Sequence record: LC680885.1
Direction: 5' to 3' (one strand)
Source of the DNA: Staphylococcus phage S6
DNA length: 64,000 nt
Both the position numbers and the translations under genes were made by a program. Of the stretch, positions 30,721-42,600 are shown one piece after another (positions within the stretch are counted from its first letter, which is position 1; the number at the start of each line of letters is the position of its first letter). The notes under the pieces are model-generated. The model was not told the DNA's origin. It searched no databases and worked only from the letters and a program-made list of their open reading frames with translations.

Positions 30721-33700
30721 TTATTTACCTGAAAATACTGGTATAGCAGATCTCACGTCAATATTGAATTGATCTCCATAAGCTCTATTAATAGCTTCTT
30801 GAAGATCAGAATCTCCTTGTGAAGGTCCATTATTATTACCTGGATTGATAATAATAGTACTTCCGTTTCCATTATTACCACCTGTACCAGGATTATATGG
30901 ATCATTAGGATTAACAATGACATTACCATTATTATTATTACCATTAGCTCCATTGTTTCCATTTTGTCCATTATTTCCAGTATTGCCGTTGCTACCATTA
31001 TTTCCATTTGCACCGTTAATAATATCTGGGTTATTTTGTAAATTATCTTTAATGATTTTATCAATTTCTTTATTAATTTCTTTGATAATTACATTACCTT
31101 TAGAATCAACTAAGTCACCTTTATTATTGATAGTTGTGTTATTAAAGATATTATCACCTTTATTAATAGTAGTGTTATTACCTTTAAATGACATTTTTCT
31201 AAGCTGATCTAACATCTTAGCTGTATTCTTATCAATATTACTTGTATGCTTATTAATTTCATCTAAATCCATACGTTTTTGCTTATCAACTTTCATAGGT
31301 CCATTTTTGTAAGACACTGTAGAGTTATTATAATTATTAGTAATATTATAAATATTTCTTACAGTATTATTATCACCTTGAATTGTTTGATGAGTAGTAG
31401 AATTGTTGGTTGTAGTTCCCGGTGAAGTATAGTTATTATTAACTATGGTAGAATTAGTATTCCCCCCATTATTAATTACAGTACTTCCGCCAGAAGAACT
31501 TCCTGATCCTTGTTGTTGAGATTGACCTGGCATTGATGAAGATGATCCATCTTGACCAGTTGTACCAGATTCACCATCTTCTCCATCAGATCCTGATGAA
31601 CCTGATGAGCCAGAGTCTCCTGATTCACCATCTTCTCCATCAGATCCTGATGAACCTGATTCAGATTTCTTCTTACCAGCTTCAGATTTAAGCTTTTCTT
31701 GTTGTTCTTGATCTATTTTTTTGGCTTCTTCGTAATCAATACCATATATTTGAGCGTAACGTTTCATTAAACGATCATTTAATGCTTCTTGTTCTTCTTC
31801 ATCCATACGGTTATCGTCACGTCCAGTAATGGATCCGTACCAAGTACCATTTTTGAAACTATATTCTGAAGCTCCTGGTGAACCTCCTGATTCTGAACCT
31901 TCATCACTTGAGCTTCCGCTATCAGAGCCTCCTTCACCATATCTCATATATCCATCAATTCCCCATTTAGGGTTTTTATATTTATTAGCGCTGTTAATAA
32001 CAACACCATCAACGCCATTAGCTTCTACTTGTTTACCTCCACCAATGTACATTGTAACGTGTTCTATATTATCACATAAAATAATGTCACCTGGTTTAAG
32101 GTCTTTGGGACTTTTAGCTTTAATTTTCTCAAAAGGCGTATCTCCATTCCAGAATGAATGAGTAGTGGCGTTTTTATCCATATCTAAACCAGCTTTTACA
32201 TAAGCTCTAGCTATCAAACTAGAACAGTCAAAAGAATTAGCTCCTTGTCTGTTAGGTTGTGAATATTTTGCACCAACCTGTTTCTTAGCCCATGCAACAG
32301 CTTTATCAATTTTGGCTTTTTGACTTCCGCCACCACCACCGCCTCTTTGTATAGGTGGATTGCCTTTAATTATTCCTGTTCTACGTGAGCTTTTGTTTTT
32401 TCCTGATGTAGATGAAACCATGTTAGAAAATTTACTAATATCATTTGTATCAGCTATAACTGAACCGGCTCCACCTCCACCAGCTCCTCCACCTTTTTTC
32501 TTAGTAGATTTTTTACCAGAACCACTGAATTGTTTGATAAAAGCATTACCAGAAGAAATACGTGACCCTAAAGCAGGAACGCCAGCTCTTTCATATTTAC
32601 TTACCCAAGAAGCAGCTGCTTGTTCTACTGTTTTAGTAGTTTTAAGGTGAGATAAGGCAGCACTTTCTGATCCACTTAATTCTTTCCATAAATAATCTAA
32701 TTGTAAGTCTAAATCAGACCATTTTTTACCTTTTTCTTTAGCATATTTCATTAAACCTTGTCTACGAGTATTATCCCATTGAGCAATACCAATACCATAA
32801 CCAGAAATAGCACTATTAGCTTTTGCTTCATCAAATTTGGCATCTCCTTGAACACGATCAGCTTTCATTCCAGATTCATGTGCAAAGTTACCTAAAACAC
32901 CAGCAGTTTGTTCATCAGAAAGTCCTTTATCTTTAAGGAAATTCCAAATTTTCTCTGCACCTTCACCTTCAATTCCGGCTGCATCACTTCCTGAAGATGA
33001 TGCTGAACTTGATGAAGATGATCCAGAGCCAGCCATAAAACCAGCCATGATATCATTCATCATTCCTCCGAGCTTGTCAAACCAGTCTCCAATAGTGTTA
33101 ACTACTTCTCCACCTGGTTCATTTATATCTAATTTAGATTTTTTCTTTTTCTTCTTACTTAGTAGAGAATAAAAAGGAGACATACGCATCATAGTTTCTG
33201 CTAATTTCTTAGGAGCCTTTTTAAGTTTACTCATAAGATTTTTAGGCATTAATTTATTCATTTGATGACCAATTCTACCCATTACTGATAATGGTGAATT
33301 TTTCATAGCTCCGTCTACATCTTTTTTAATGTCGTCTCTAGTTTTTCCTGCTGATTCTTCTACTTGTTTCTTAGCATCTTTGTTAGCTTTATCTGACATT
33401 CCATTCATTTCAGCTATTTCTTTTTTAGCTCTATCAGATGCTTCACTTTCAATTCCTTCTTGATATGAGCTTAATTCTTCTTTACTAGCTTCAGTCATTT
33501 CTTTACTCATATTTCCCATTTCTTCTTCATGACTAGAGAATTTGTCTTTTAACCATCCCCAACCAGATTTAATTAATCCAGTTCCTCCTTGAAGAAGCAT
33601 AGAAGTCATACCAGTTAAATTACTTAAGCCTTTACCGGCTAATGCTAAAGGAGCCATCATTAACATAGAAGCACCACCGACAACTTTTTTAATCAACCCA

Positions 33701-36603
33701 CCAAAGCCACTTGATTTTTCTTCCATAGCCATATCAGTTTGATCTCCAAAGCTTTTAGCCATACCTGTAGTTTTCTGAACCATGTTCATACCTAAACCAA
33801 ATGCTGGTTTTACAATTGATTTATATAATCCCATTCCAGCTAATCCTAATAAAGGAGTAGAAGCTAATAAAGGATTATCTTTAATAAAACCGCCTATAAT
33901 TGAAGATTTATCTACAGAACCACCCATTTTAGTATCAACTGAAGGATCAACTGCAAAATTTTCTCCACCAGGTTGAGTTGAATCTAATTTCTCTTGTTCT
34001 TTTTTAGTTTTAGAAGGATGATCATTGAATCCAATAATGCTACCTAATGTTTTAATTGGATGTTTTAATGATTCTATAGGATGAGTTATTGTTCTAATAA
34101 TATCTGGTCCAGCTAATGCCAATGATGCAATTTGTCCAATACCAGGTATAGCATTTACTCCAACACGAGCACCTACTTTAGCTCCTGCTTTAAGTAATCC
34201 TTTACCTACAGCTTTTTTAGCACCTTTTCCAGCAGCCATTTTAGCAGCTCTAGCTTTAAGTTTTCCTTTAAGTCTACTACCTGCACCAGCCATTAAAGCA
34301 CCACTAGCAGCAAATTTGCCAGTTAAAGAACCACCCATGCTAGTTACTTTACCACCTAATTTAGTATTAGATAATTTACCTATTTTTTCTTTAACAAGAT
34401 CTTTACCTTTGTTTTTATATTTATCAAATTTTTCTTTGAGATGTTTATTACCCTCAATAAAATCTTGAGCTTCTCCTACTTTATCTGCAAAATCTTTATC
34501 ATCTGAATTGTCAGAAGATTTAGCTTGTCCATTTTCTAAAGTTTGTTCATTAGGAATAATAGTAGATCTATTATCTTCATCTTTAATATTATCATTTCTT
34601 GTATTATCAGATTTTCTACTTTGATTTGTATTAGAAGATGCTGTAGAAGTATTTTTATTTAAAGTTTGCTCTCTAGGATCTATTTCTCTAGAAACATTAT
34701 CATTAGGTTGATTTACATCACTAATTATACCACTTGAATTACTGTCACTAGAATTACTGTTATATCTTTTCTCAGGTATTTTGCTATTTATTCTAGATAC
34801 AATTTGTTTAATTTCACTTATATCTTTATTAACGATATTGAAGTTAATATTATCGTATACTGCATCTTTATTAGTGCTAAGAATACCACTTCCATTTTCA
34901 TTATTTAATTTAGAAGTAATATTTTTAGAAGTACCTTTTCTTTTATTTTCATCATTAAGAGCATTTATAGAACTACTAGATAGTTTCTTCTTAATATCTT
35001 TAGATTCTTTATTTAATTGCATTCTAGTTTTAGTTAAACTAGTTTTAGCTTCTTTATCATTAAATAATTTATCTAGGAGAATATTAAATGGATCATTCGG
35101 GTCATTTGATTTAACCTGATCAAGTTCATTGCTTTTATTAATATTTTTAGAAATAATTTCTTTAATCTTAGATGTAGCTTTATTTTTGTTATCTTCATTA
35201 CTGAAAAGATCAATTCCCATTTCAGAAGCTATATTTTCAAATTCTTTAGTAAAACTAGATTCTTTGATAGTTTTATTAACTTTTTCTTCTATATCATCTT
35301 TAATAGATTTAGAAGTTTTAAATGAACCTGAATCATAGTCATAATGAATTTCTTGACCATCTTCTGAAGTTAAACCAACTATTTTGGATAAATAACCAGG
35401 TATAACTGTATTAAGTGTATTATGAGTTTCCACATCAAAAGCAACTTTTTGATGTCTATCTTTTCTGTTAGCAGTTGATATACCACCAGTTACACTATCA
35501 AATATTTTGTCAATTAATTTACTTTTACCTGATTTGACATCCTCAAGAAGATCATCTCTTCTTTTGTCTCTTTTTCGTTGTTTAGTACCATCTTTATCAT
35601 CTTTACCAAAAGGATTAATTTTTTTATTGGCAAATTTACCGACTGCTTTTTCTATAAAAGTATTTTCATTATTAAGGAAATCAAAAGCTTTACCTTTAGC
35701 TACATCGACTAAACCTAAACTTTTGATACCTTGTTTTTTAGAACCAATAACTTCTTTAAGTAATTCAGTTCCTTGTTTTTTAATAAAGTCTTTAGCTTTA
35801 TCTTTGAATCCTTCTTCTTGAGATCCTTCTAATATACTTGATAAAGTTATATTAGATAAGAATAGATCTTCTAATGAATTACTATTTTTAATTTCAGATA
35901 TATTTTTAATTTTAGTATTCTGTCTAATAGCATTACTAGTTTGAATTAAACCATTTAAATTCTGGAACATACTTTCTCTAATACTATCATTAGCTTCTCT
36001 CATTAAGTTAAGATTATCAATCATAGAAGTAAAACCAGTAGTATTTATTTGAGAAAGATTAGATACAGAAGAAGTTAATAGAGCTGTAGATTTAGCAGAA
36101 GAACCGCCATCATTAATAACTGTTGTGGAAGATACTATTCTAGATTTATTATCATCTTCTTCGTCAAAGTCATCAAATTCAAAATCACCATCTAAAGAAT
36201 CATCTGTGTCAGAATCCATATCTGAAAAACTATCGTCAAAACTAAAATCTTCAAAATCACCACCGACATCCATGCCCATGTTATTGAAGTTTTTTAATGA
36301 TTCTTTATCTTGGATTGTTTCTCCAGTTTTAAATGTATTCTTAGTAGATTCTAAAGCTTCTTTAGATAAATCTTTAGTAGATTCACTTATCTTTTGTAAT
36401 TGTTTTTTCTTTTTATTCTTTAATTCTTTGACAGCCTTTAATGGATTATTCTGATCCATCATACGCTTCATGTCATTAGATTTCATTTTATTTAAATTTT
36501 TATTAAATTCAATATCTATATATTTTCTAGAAGATTTAGAGGAGGAGTTATTTCTAAACTCCTTCTCTATCTTGCTAGTGTTAAATTTCTTATCTCTAGC
36601 CAA
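30721..36603 (-). CDS. giant tape-measure-like virion protein B (1960 aa) with lysozyme-like and NlpC/P60 peptidoglycan hydrolase domains
   Basis: Gly/Ala/Lys-rich tape-measure-like core. AGVLGNFAHESG...GIGIAQWDNTRR is a phage-tail-lysozyme-like block. ANSFDCSSLIARAY...GDIILCDNIEHVTMY is an NlpC/P60 Cys/His pair. The C-terminal tail is G/S/N-rich. Confidence 0.7.
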   Translation of the reverse strand: MARDKKFNTSKIEKEFRNNSSSKSSRKYIDIEFNKNLNKMKSNDMKRMMDQNNPLKAVKELKNKKKKQLQKISESTKDLSKEALESTKNTFKTGETIQDKESLKNFNNMGMDVGGDFEDFSFDDSFSDMDSDTDDSLDGDFEFDDFDEEDDNKSRIVSSTTVINDGGSSAKSTALLTSSVSNLSQINTTGFTSMIDNLNLMREANDSIRESMFQNLNGLIQTSNAIRQNTKIKNISEIKNSNSLEDLFLSNITLSSILEGSQEEGFKDKAKDFIKKQGTELLKEVIGSKKQGIKSLGLVDVAKGKAFDFLNNENTFIEKAVGKFANKKINPFGKDDKDGTKQRKRDKRRDDLLEDVKSGKSKLIDKIFDSVTGGISTANRKDRHQKVAFDVETHNTLNTVIPGYLSKIVGLTSEDGQEIHYDYDSGSFKTSKSIKDDIEEKVNKTIKESSFTKEFENIASEMGIDLFSNEDNKNKATSKIKEIISKNINKSNELDQVKSNDPNDPFNILLDKLFNDKEAKTSLTKTRMQLNKESKDIKKKLSSSSINALNDENKRKGTSKNITSKLNNENGSGILSTNKDAVYDNINFNIVNKDISEIKQIVSRINSKIPEKRYNSNSSDSNSSGIISDVNQPNDNVSREIDPREQTLNKNTSTASSNTNQSRKSDNTRNDNIKDEDNRSTIIPNEQTLENGQAKSSDNSDDKDFADKVGEAQDFIEGNKHLKEKFDKYKNKGKDLVKEKIGKLSNTKLGGKVTSMGGSLTGKFAASGALMAGAGSRLKGKLKARAAKMAAGKGAKKAVGKGLLKAGAKVGARVGVNAIPGIGQIASLALAGPDIIRTITHPIESLKHPIKTLGSIIGFNDHPSKTKKEQEKLDSTQPGGENFAVDPSVDTKMGGSVDKSSIIGGFIKDNPLLASTPLLGLAGMGLYKSIVKPAFGLGMNMVQKTTGMAKSFGDQTDMAMEEKSSGFGGLIKKVVGGASMLMMAPLALAGKGLSNLTGMTSMLLQGGTGLIKSGWGWLKDKFSSHEEEMGNMSKEMTEASKEELSSYQEGIESEASDRAKKEIAEMNGMSDKANKDAKKQVEESAGKTRDDIKKDVDGAMKNSPLSVMGRIGHQMNKLMPKNLMSKLKKAPKKLAETMMRMSPFYSLLSKKKKKKSKLDINEPGGEVVNTIGDWFDKLGGMMNDIMAGFMAGSGSSSSSSASSSGSDAAGIEGEGAEKIWNFLKDKGLSDEQTAGVLGNFAHESGMKADRVQGDAKFDEAKANSAISGYGIGIAQWDNTRRQGLMKYAKEKGKKWSDLDLQLDYLWKELSGSESAALSHLKTTKTVEQAAASWVSKYERAGVPALGSRISSGNAFIKQFSGSGKKSTKKKGGGAGGGGAGSVIADTNDISKFSNMVSSTSGKNKSSRRTGIIKGNPPIQRGGGGGGSQKAKIDKAVAWAKKQVGAKYSQPNRQGANSFDCSSLIARAYVKAGLDMDKNATTHSFWNGDTPFEKIKAKSPKDLKPGDIILCDNIEHVTMYIGGGKQVEANGVDGVVINSANKYKNPKWGIDGYMRYGEGGSDSGSSSDEGSESGGSPGASEYSFKNGTWYGSITGRDDNRMDEEEQEALNDRLMKRYAQIYGIDYEEAKKIDQEQQEKLKSEAGKKKSESGSSGSDGEDGESGDSGSSGSSGSDGEDGESGTTGQDGSSSSMPGQSQQQGSGSSSGGSTVINNGGNTNSTIVNNNYTSPGTTTNNSTTHQTIQGDNNTVRNIYNITNNYNNSTVSYKNGPMKVDKQKRMDLDEINKHTSNIDKNTAKMLDQLRKMSFKGNNTTINKGDNIFNNTTINNKGDLVDSKGNVIIKEINKEIDKIIKDNLQNNPDIINGANGNNGSNGNTGNNGQNGNNGANGNNNNGNVIVNPNDPYNPGTGGNNGNGSTIIINPGNNNGPSQGDSDLQEAINRAYGDQFNIDVRSAIPVFSGK

Positions 36604-36626
36604 TTATTAGTTCCACCTCCTGCTAT

Positions 36627-39600
36627 CTATTTCAATTCTTCTAATAAACGGTCTAATTCTTTAGTAGAAGCTAATGTATTTCTATCTATATTAGCTAACA
36701 TTCTTACTAAATCATCTGAATACCATAATTTTTCATAATCATAGGTATAACCAGAGTTACCATTTTCAATTTTAGAATTTTTATGATTGTTTACAATTTT
36801 ATTATAATGGTTAGTTACTCGGTTTTTACCTTTTATAAATTCTTTATTCACATTTTCATTATTAATGACATTACTTTGTCCATTTTGATAGTTGTTATTA
36901 ACTGTTTTAGTATTTTTACTACCTTGATTATTGACATTGTTATTACCTCTATTAATATTAGAAAAACCACTATTAGCTAATGTTGGTAATTGGAATACCG
37001 GAGGATTTCCGATATTCTTATTATTAGTTATTTGAGATCTTGATTCTTGTGGTTTAGATGGCGATGCTGAAGAATCAGAACTATCTGAAGATTCTTCATC
37101 TCCAGAATCTTCACTTCCAGATCCTGATGAACCTGATCCGGATTCAGATTTCTTCTTACCGGCTTCAGATTTTTTCTTTTCTTGTTGTTCTTGATCGATC
37201 TTTTTAGCTTCTTCATAGTCAATACCGTATATCTGAGCATAACGTTTCATTAATCTATCATTTAATTCTTCTTGCTCGTCTTCATCCATACGGTTATCAT
37301 CACGACCAGTTATTGAACCATACCAAGTACCATTTTTGAAACTATATTCTGAAGCTCCTGGACCTGATTCACTATTTCCTTCTTTATCATCTTCATCACT
37401 TTTAGAAGCAGAAGAACTAGATCCTCCTCCGCCAATAGTCTCTTTAATTGTACTTGCTAAAGCTTTCTTACCTTTACTATTCGGATGAACACCTAAACCA
37501 TCATTTTCAATCATATCAGAACTGGCTTTACTATTCCAGTCTATTACTTTTGAATCTGAACTTTCAATAGCTTTATTAGTTGCTTCAATAATATCAGAAA
37601 TATCAGATCCTTTTCTCTTTTCAGGATCTACATACGTATTAACAAAGTATACATCTGCTTTGTCATACATATCTTCTATTTCTTTAACATTACCTGTAGT
37701 TAATCCTCCATTAGTACCTAATTGCACTATAATTGCATTTTTATCTTTATTGTATTTCTTTTTGTTGGATTCTAATACATTTTTACCATTAGGCGAAGGA
37801 CCTCCACTTGAATAAGTTCTTGAAGGAACTGCATTAATTTGAATTTTACTAACTGATTTTCTTATTTCAGAAGCAGCTCCTGCACCTATGGAGTCACCTA
37901 CCATAAATACTTTATTGTAGGATTTACCTCCACCGCCTCCACCAGTTACCGTTTTAGCTATTTTTCTAATGGCTTCAGGAGTATTACTGAATGGAAATCT
38001 ATCTTTAATAAAATTATCAACTCGTTTTTTAATCTTCTTAATATTGTATATATCTGAATTGTAAATCTTAGTTTTTTCTTTTTCTGCCTTTTCTTCAGTT
38101 TTCTTCTGATTATTTTCTAATTTATTTAAAAGAGCTCTATCATTTCTTACTTCTTTAGCTCTTTGTCTTTTAGCTTCTTTGACTTCTTGTGATTTATAAC
38201 CACCGTCTACCATTTTTACAGTAGGATCAAATGCAGCTCCACCTTTTTTACCTTTTTTAGATTTTCCAGCTTTACTACCTTTGTCTTCATCACTACCGCC
38301 TTTAGAACCTTTTAAAGGAGCTTTAATCCAAGGTGATGGATCTACAGAGTTTTTCTCCATAGCCCAACCGCCTGGTTTACCTTTATTTATTTGGAAGTGA
38401 AGGTGACCTGAACCAGCAGTATTAGCACCAGTGTTACCTGAGATTGCTATAACTTGTCCAATTTTAACTTTATCGCCCTTTTTAACTAATTGTTTAGTTA
38501 AATGCATATACGTACTATAGATGTTACCAGGTGATTTAACTTGAACAATATTACCTCCACCCGGATCGGTGTTTGATCTAATAACTGTACCTTCTACCAT
38601 ACATTTAACTTTTTGACCTGGAAGCATACCTATATCAATACCATAGTGCTTTCCTCCGTTAAATGATAAACCAGAATAGTTACCATATGGTTGCCAAATC
38701 GCAGCACTTGGTATTTTTTTCATCCAAGCACCAACTGTGCCATCTGGTATTTGATTAATAGAACCAGGTACAATTTTCTTAGTATTCATATCTACTTCGC
38801 CAGCTTCACCTGAAACTTCAGGTTCACCGTCTCCACCAGAATCGCCACCACTGGAATTTTTCATTTTAGACATTGCAACAACCATTTCTTCCATTTTAAC
38901 TAAGAAACGACTGAACCAATCTCCGATTTCTCCTTTACCATATTTAGAGAAATCAATTCCGCCTTTAGCTATTTGATACAAACTACCTAGAGGTGTACTC
39001 ATGAACATATCTTTTTGAATATCTTCTTCAGCTTTTGGTCCTGATTTCATTTTATTATCAGTAATTGTTTTAAACATATCTCCACCAACTTTAGCTAGTG
39101 GGAACATAGGAGATGCTCTAAACATTAGTTTAGAAGTACTTAATATTAATCTACCTAAACCTGTTTGATCTTCAGTATGTTTTTCTTCTTTACTTTTAGC
39201 TTCATCTTCTATTTTATCACCAGGATGTTCACCAATTCCGAAGAAACTACCTAATGTTTTAATTGGATGTTTTAATGATTCTATAGGATGTTTAATAGTT
39301 TTAATGATATCAGGAGCCCACATTGCTGCACCAATTACTGGTCCAACAAATGGTATGAATGGTAAGGCTGTTTTCAAACCTGCTTTTAATGCAAATTTTC
39401 CTCCAGCTTTCATTGCACCTTTACCAAATAATTTATTTTTAGCTTTACCTATAGCACCAAAAGCTTTTCCTCCAAGTTTCTTAGCTCCACCGAATAAACC
39501 TTTACCGATAGATTTAGCTCTGTTAAAACCTTTAGAAGCAAATTTACTTATTCCTTTAGTTGCAGCTGAAGCATTCTTTTTATTAAATATTTTAGATATA

Positions 39601-42600
39601 CCACTTTTAGCTACTTTTCCTATAGTTTTACCGGCACTTAATCCTTTTTTAACTAATCCTGCACCTTTACCTATAACCATTTTACCTAAAGATTTAACAG
39701 AAGGTAATTTATCTTTAGCAAATTTTCCAATACCTTTAAATACATTACCTATTTTTTTAGGAGCACCTTTAATACCTCTAAATAATTTTCCTAATCCAAA
39801 TTTTCCAGCTATATTTTTAATTCCGCCACCTATTTTACCTAACATGCCAGGCATACTAGTAAAGAATTTACCTATTCCGCTTGGTAATAATTTAGATAAT
39901 AATTTAGGTCCAAATTTAGCAGCTAAGAATCCTCCAGCACCCAACATTGCAGCGTTACCTAAGAATCCTCCAGCAGATGCTAAGAATCCTTTCTTACCAG
40001 GTTCTAGATCTTTTTTACCATTTTTACCTTTCATTAATGAACCTAATACAGCTGCAGAAGTTCCAGCAAATAAAACTGGCCCCATTTTACTAAAATCAAG
40101 CATACCATTCATCATTTTTTTAGCACCAATGGATTTTTCAGCTTCTCCACCTTTTCCAAAGTTTATATTGCCTCTAATGGATTCAGCAATTTCTTTTTTA
40201 TTGGAACCTGTTATTTTAGACATAACATCTTCCCCAGATTTTCCTGCATCGGCAGTTGAAAGGCCTTGTTTCATTCTTTCTAAAGCTCCAGCATCTTGAG
40301 AATCTTCCATATCTTTTTTAATAGTTGGATCATTGCCAAAAGCAGTTTTAACTAAATCGATTATTGTACTCTTAGCTTTCTTTTCTTTTTCCTCTCTAGT
40401 TAAATCATCTATCGTTTTGCTTGGTTCTTTAGTGTAAGCATCTTTATTAGCTTCATTATTATTAATTGATAATTTATTTAAACCAGGAATATTCTTCATT
40501 AAATCCATTAATGGATTATTATCTATAATACTAGATTGATTTATATTCTGATAAGGATATTCATCATCTTGATCTGGTTGAGTATTTTCTTGAGTTGAAT
40601 TAACTCTACTAGATGCAGAAGAAACCATATCTTTAATAGCACTTGTAGGATTTTCTTTGTATTCTTTAGCTTTACTAACAGCATTAGAAAGACTATTTAA
40701 TTTATCCATTACAGAAGCATGAGCTTCATTATTTCCGTTATTTCCACTTAGAATAGGGAAACTTTTACCTTTATCTATGATACTATTGATCGTATTAACT
40801 TTATTATTAATAAATTCTTTATTATTATTAATATTATCATTACTGAAATTATTATCTAATTTTCTTTCTATTTCTAAGAAAATATTTTTAATTTCTTCTA
40901 AATCACTATTTTCCCAGTTAATATTACCAAAATCTTTAATCTGATTAATATTATCATTATTATTAGATCTAGAATAAGTCGAATTAGATTTATTTAAACC
41001 TTCTATTTCAGTAAATGCCATTATTCTTGAATTATCTTTTTTATCAAGTGTTTTTGAAATAGATTTCTTAATATTGAATAAATCAGTATTAAATTTAGCT
41101 GAATTCTTTTCAAACACTTCAGATAATGACTCAGTATTAACATTTATATTTTTCTGATTAACTATTTCTTTAAGTTTAGAAGTTTTTTGGATAGGTTTGT
41201 CTATTTTAGTTAATTCAGCTAAAACTTCTTTAGTTCTTTCTTCATCATTATCTAATTTAGATAATAATTCTTTACCTAAATAAGTATCTTTAAAATTAAA
41301 TAACGAATCTGATTTAATCTTATCCAAATCTTTTTTCTTAGCCGAACCTCGATTTTCCCAAACACCTTTTCGGTAATTATAGATACTACCTAATTCAGCA
41401 TTATCTGCTAATCCGCCTGAACGACCTTCTTTTTTGGCTATCAAATTACCTTGAAGTCTAGATAAGAAGTCTGGTATAACTTTATTAATAGACGTATGAG
41501 ATTCCATATCAAATTGAACAGGAGTATCTTTTTTACGTTTATTTTTTAGAGAAATTCCACCCTTACCATCACCTAATACTTCTTCTTTAAATTGATCTAA
41601 TCTACCTGAAAGAGCATTTCCTAAATTAGATATATACTTATTATCATTACCAGTTAATCTTTCTAAACCTTTAGTAAGTTTACTATCTTCATCAAGATTT
41701 CTATTAATAAGCATAGAACCTATATTTTGTGGATCAAATCTTTTATTCAATCTATTAAATATATTTTTATTATCGCCTTCAGGATCATAACCACCAATAT
41801 CACCGTAAAGAAGCTTATTAAATGCAATTTTAGCTCCTTGAGTTGCAGCAAATTCAATAGGATTTTTAGCTACACCCATTAACATTGATTTAAGTTGGTC
41901 TCCTGACATCATACCCATTAATAAATTTTCAGGATTAGTTTTCTCATCCAAATATTTTAATAAACTAATATTACCATTCAATATAGAATGTAATTTACTT
42001 TGTTTATTTCTTTTGGTATTTTCTTCCATTATTGTATTTTGATATATACCATCCTGTATTGTACTTAAATTTGATAAAGCTGAATCTACGAGACTGTTAG
42101 TTGCTTGCATTGATAAAGAATAATTATTCAGTGCAATATTTGTTCCAACAAATCCTCTTTGATTTATCTCAGCTAAATTATTCATTGCTACTAGAGGTGA
42201 ATTTGTTATTTTAGATTTCTTTTTATCTGATAAACTAACAATTTCAGATTTAGTCCCATCAGGATTATCAATATATTCTGTTACTGATTCATATTCAGGT
42301 TTTTCATTAGATAATTTTTCATTACTACTTGAAAAAAGATCATTTTCATTAGATTTATTTTTTAGTGTTTTTAATAAATCATTAGTAGAACCTTTAACTT
42401 CAGAAAATTTCTTTAATCTTCTTTCATCATTGTTGAATAATTTTAAACCTGAATCTCCCACTATAGCATCTAATGATGGATTAGATTTTATAAACGCATT
42501 AAAAAGAATACGACCAGTATTTTTAGAAGCATTTTTAATGACAGTTGATTTATTATTATTTTCTAATTGTCTAATATTCTTTTTATTTCTATTATTTTTA

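Noticed and set aside
30721-31500. G/N-rich C-terminal tails of the giant proteins (GNNGQNGNNGANGNN...) as collagen-like repeats
   Set aside because: No regular G-X-Y periodicity over more than a few triplets. It looks like low-complexity N/G/S filler rather than a collagen triple helix.
30753-40299. Many plus-strand ORFs inside the giant tail genes (for example 30845-31207, 31829-32161, 32360-32650, 35507-35821, 39304-40299), which are proline/leucine-rich
   Set aside because: They are antisense shadows of the Gly/Ala/Lys/Ser-rich low-complexity repeats of the real minus-strand genes. They have no RBS and a compositional-artefact amino-acid profile.
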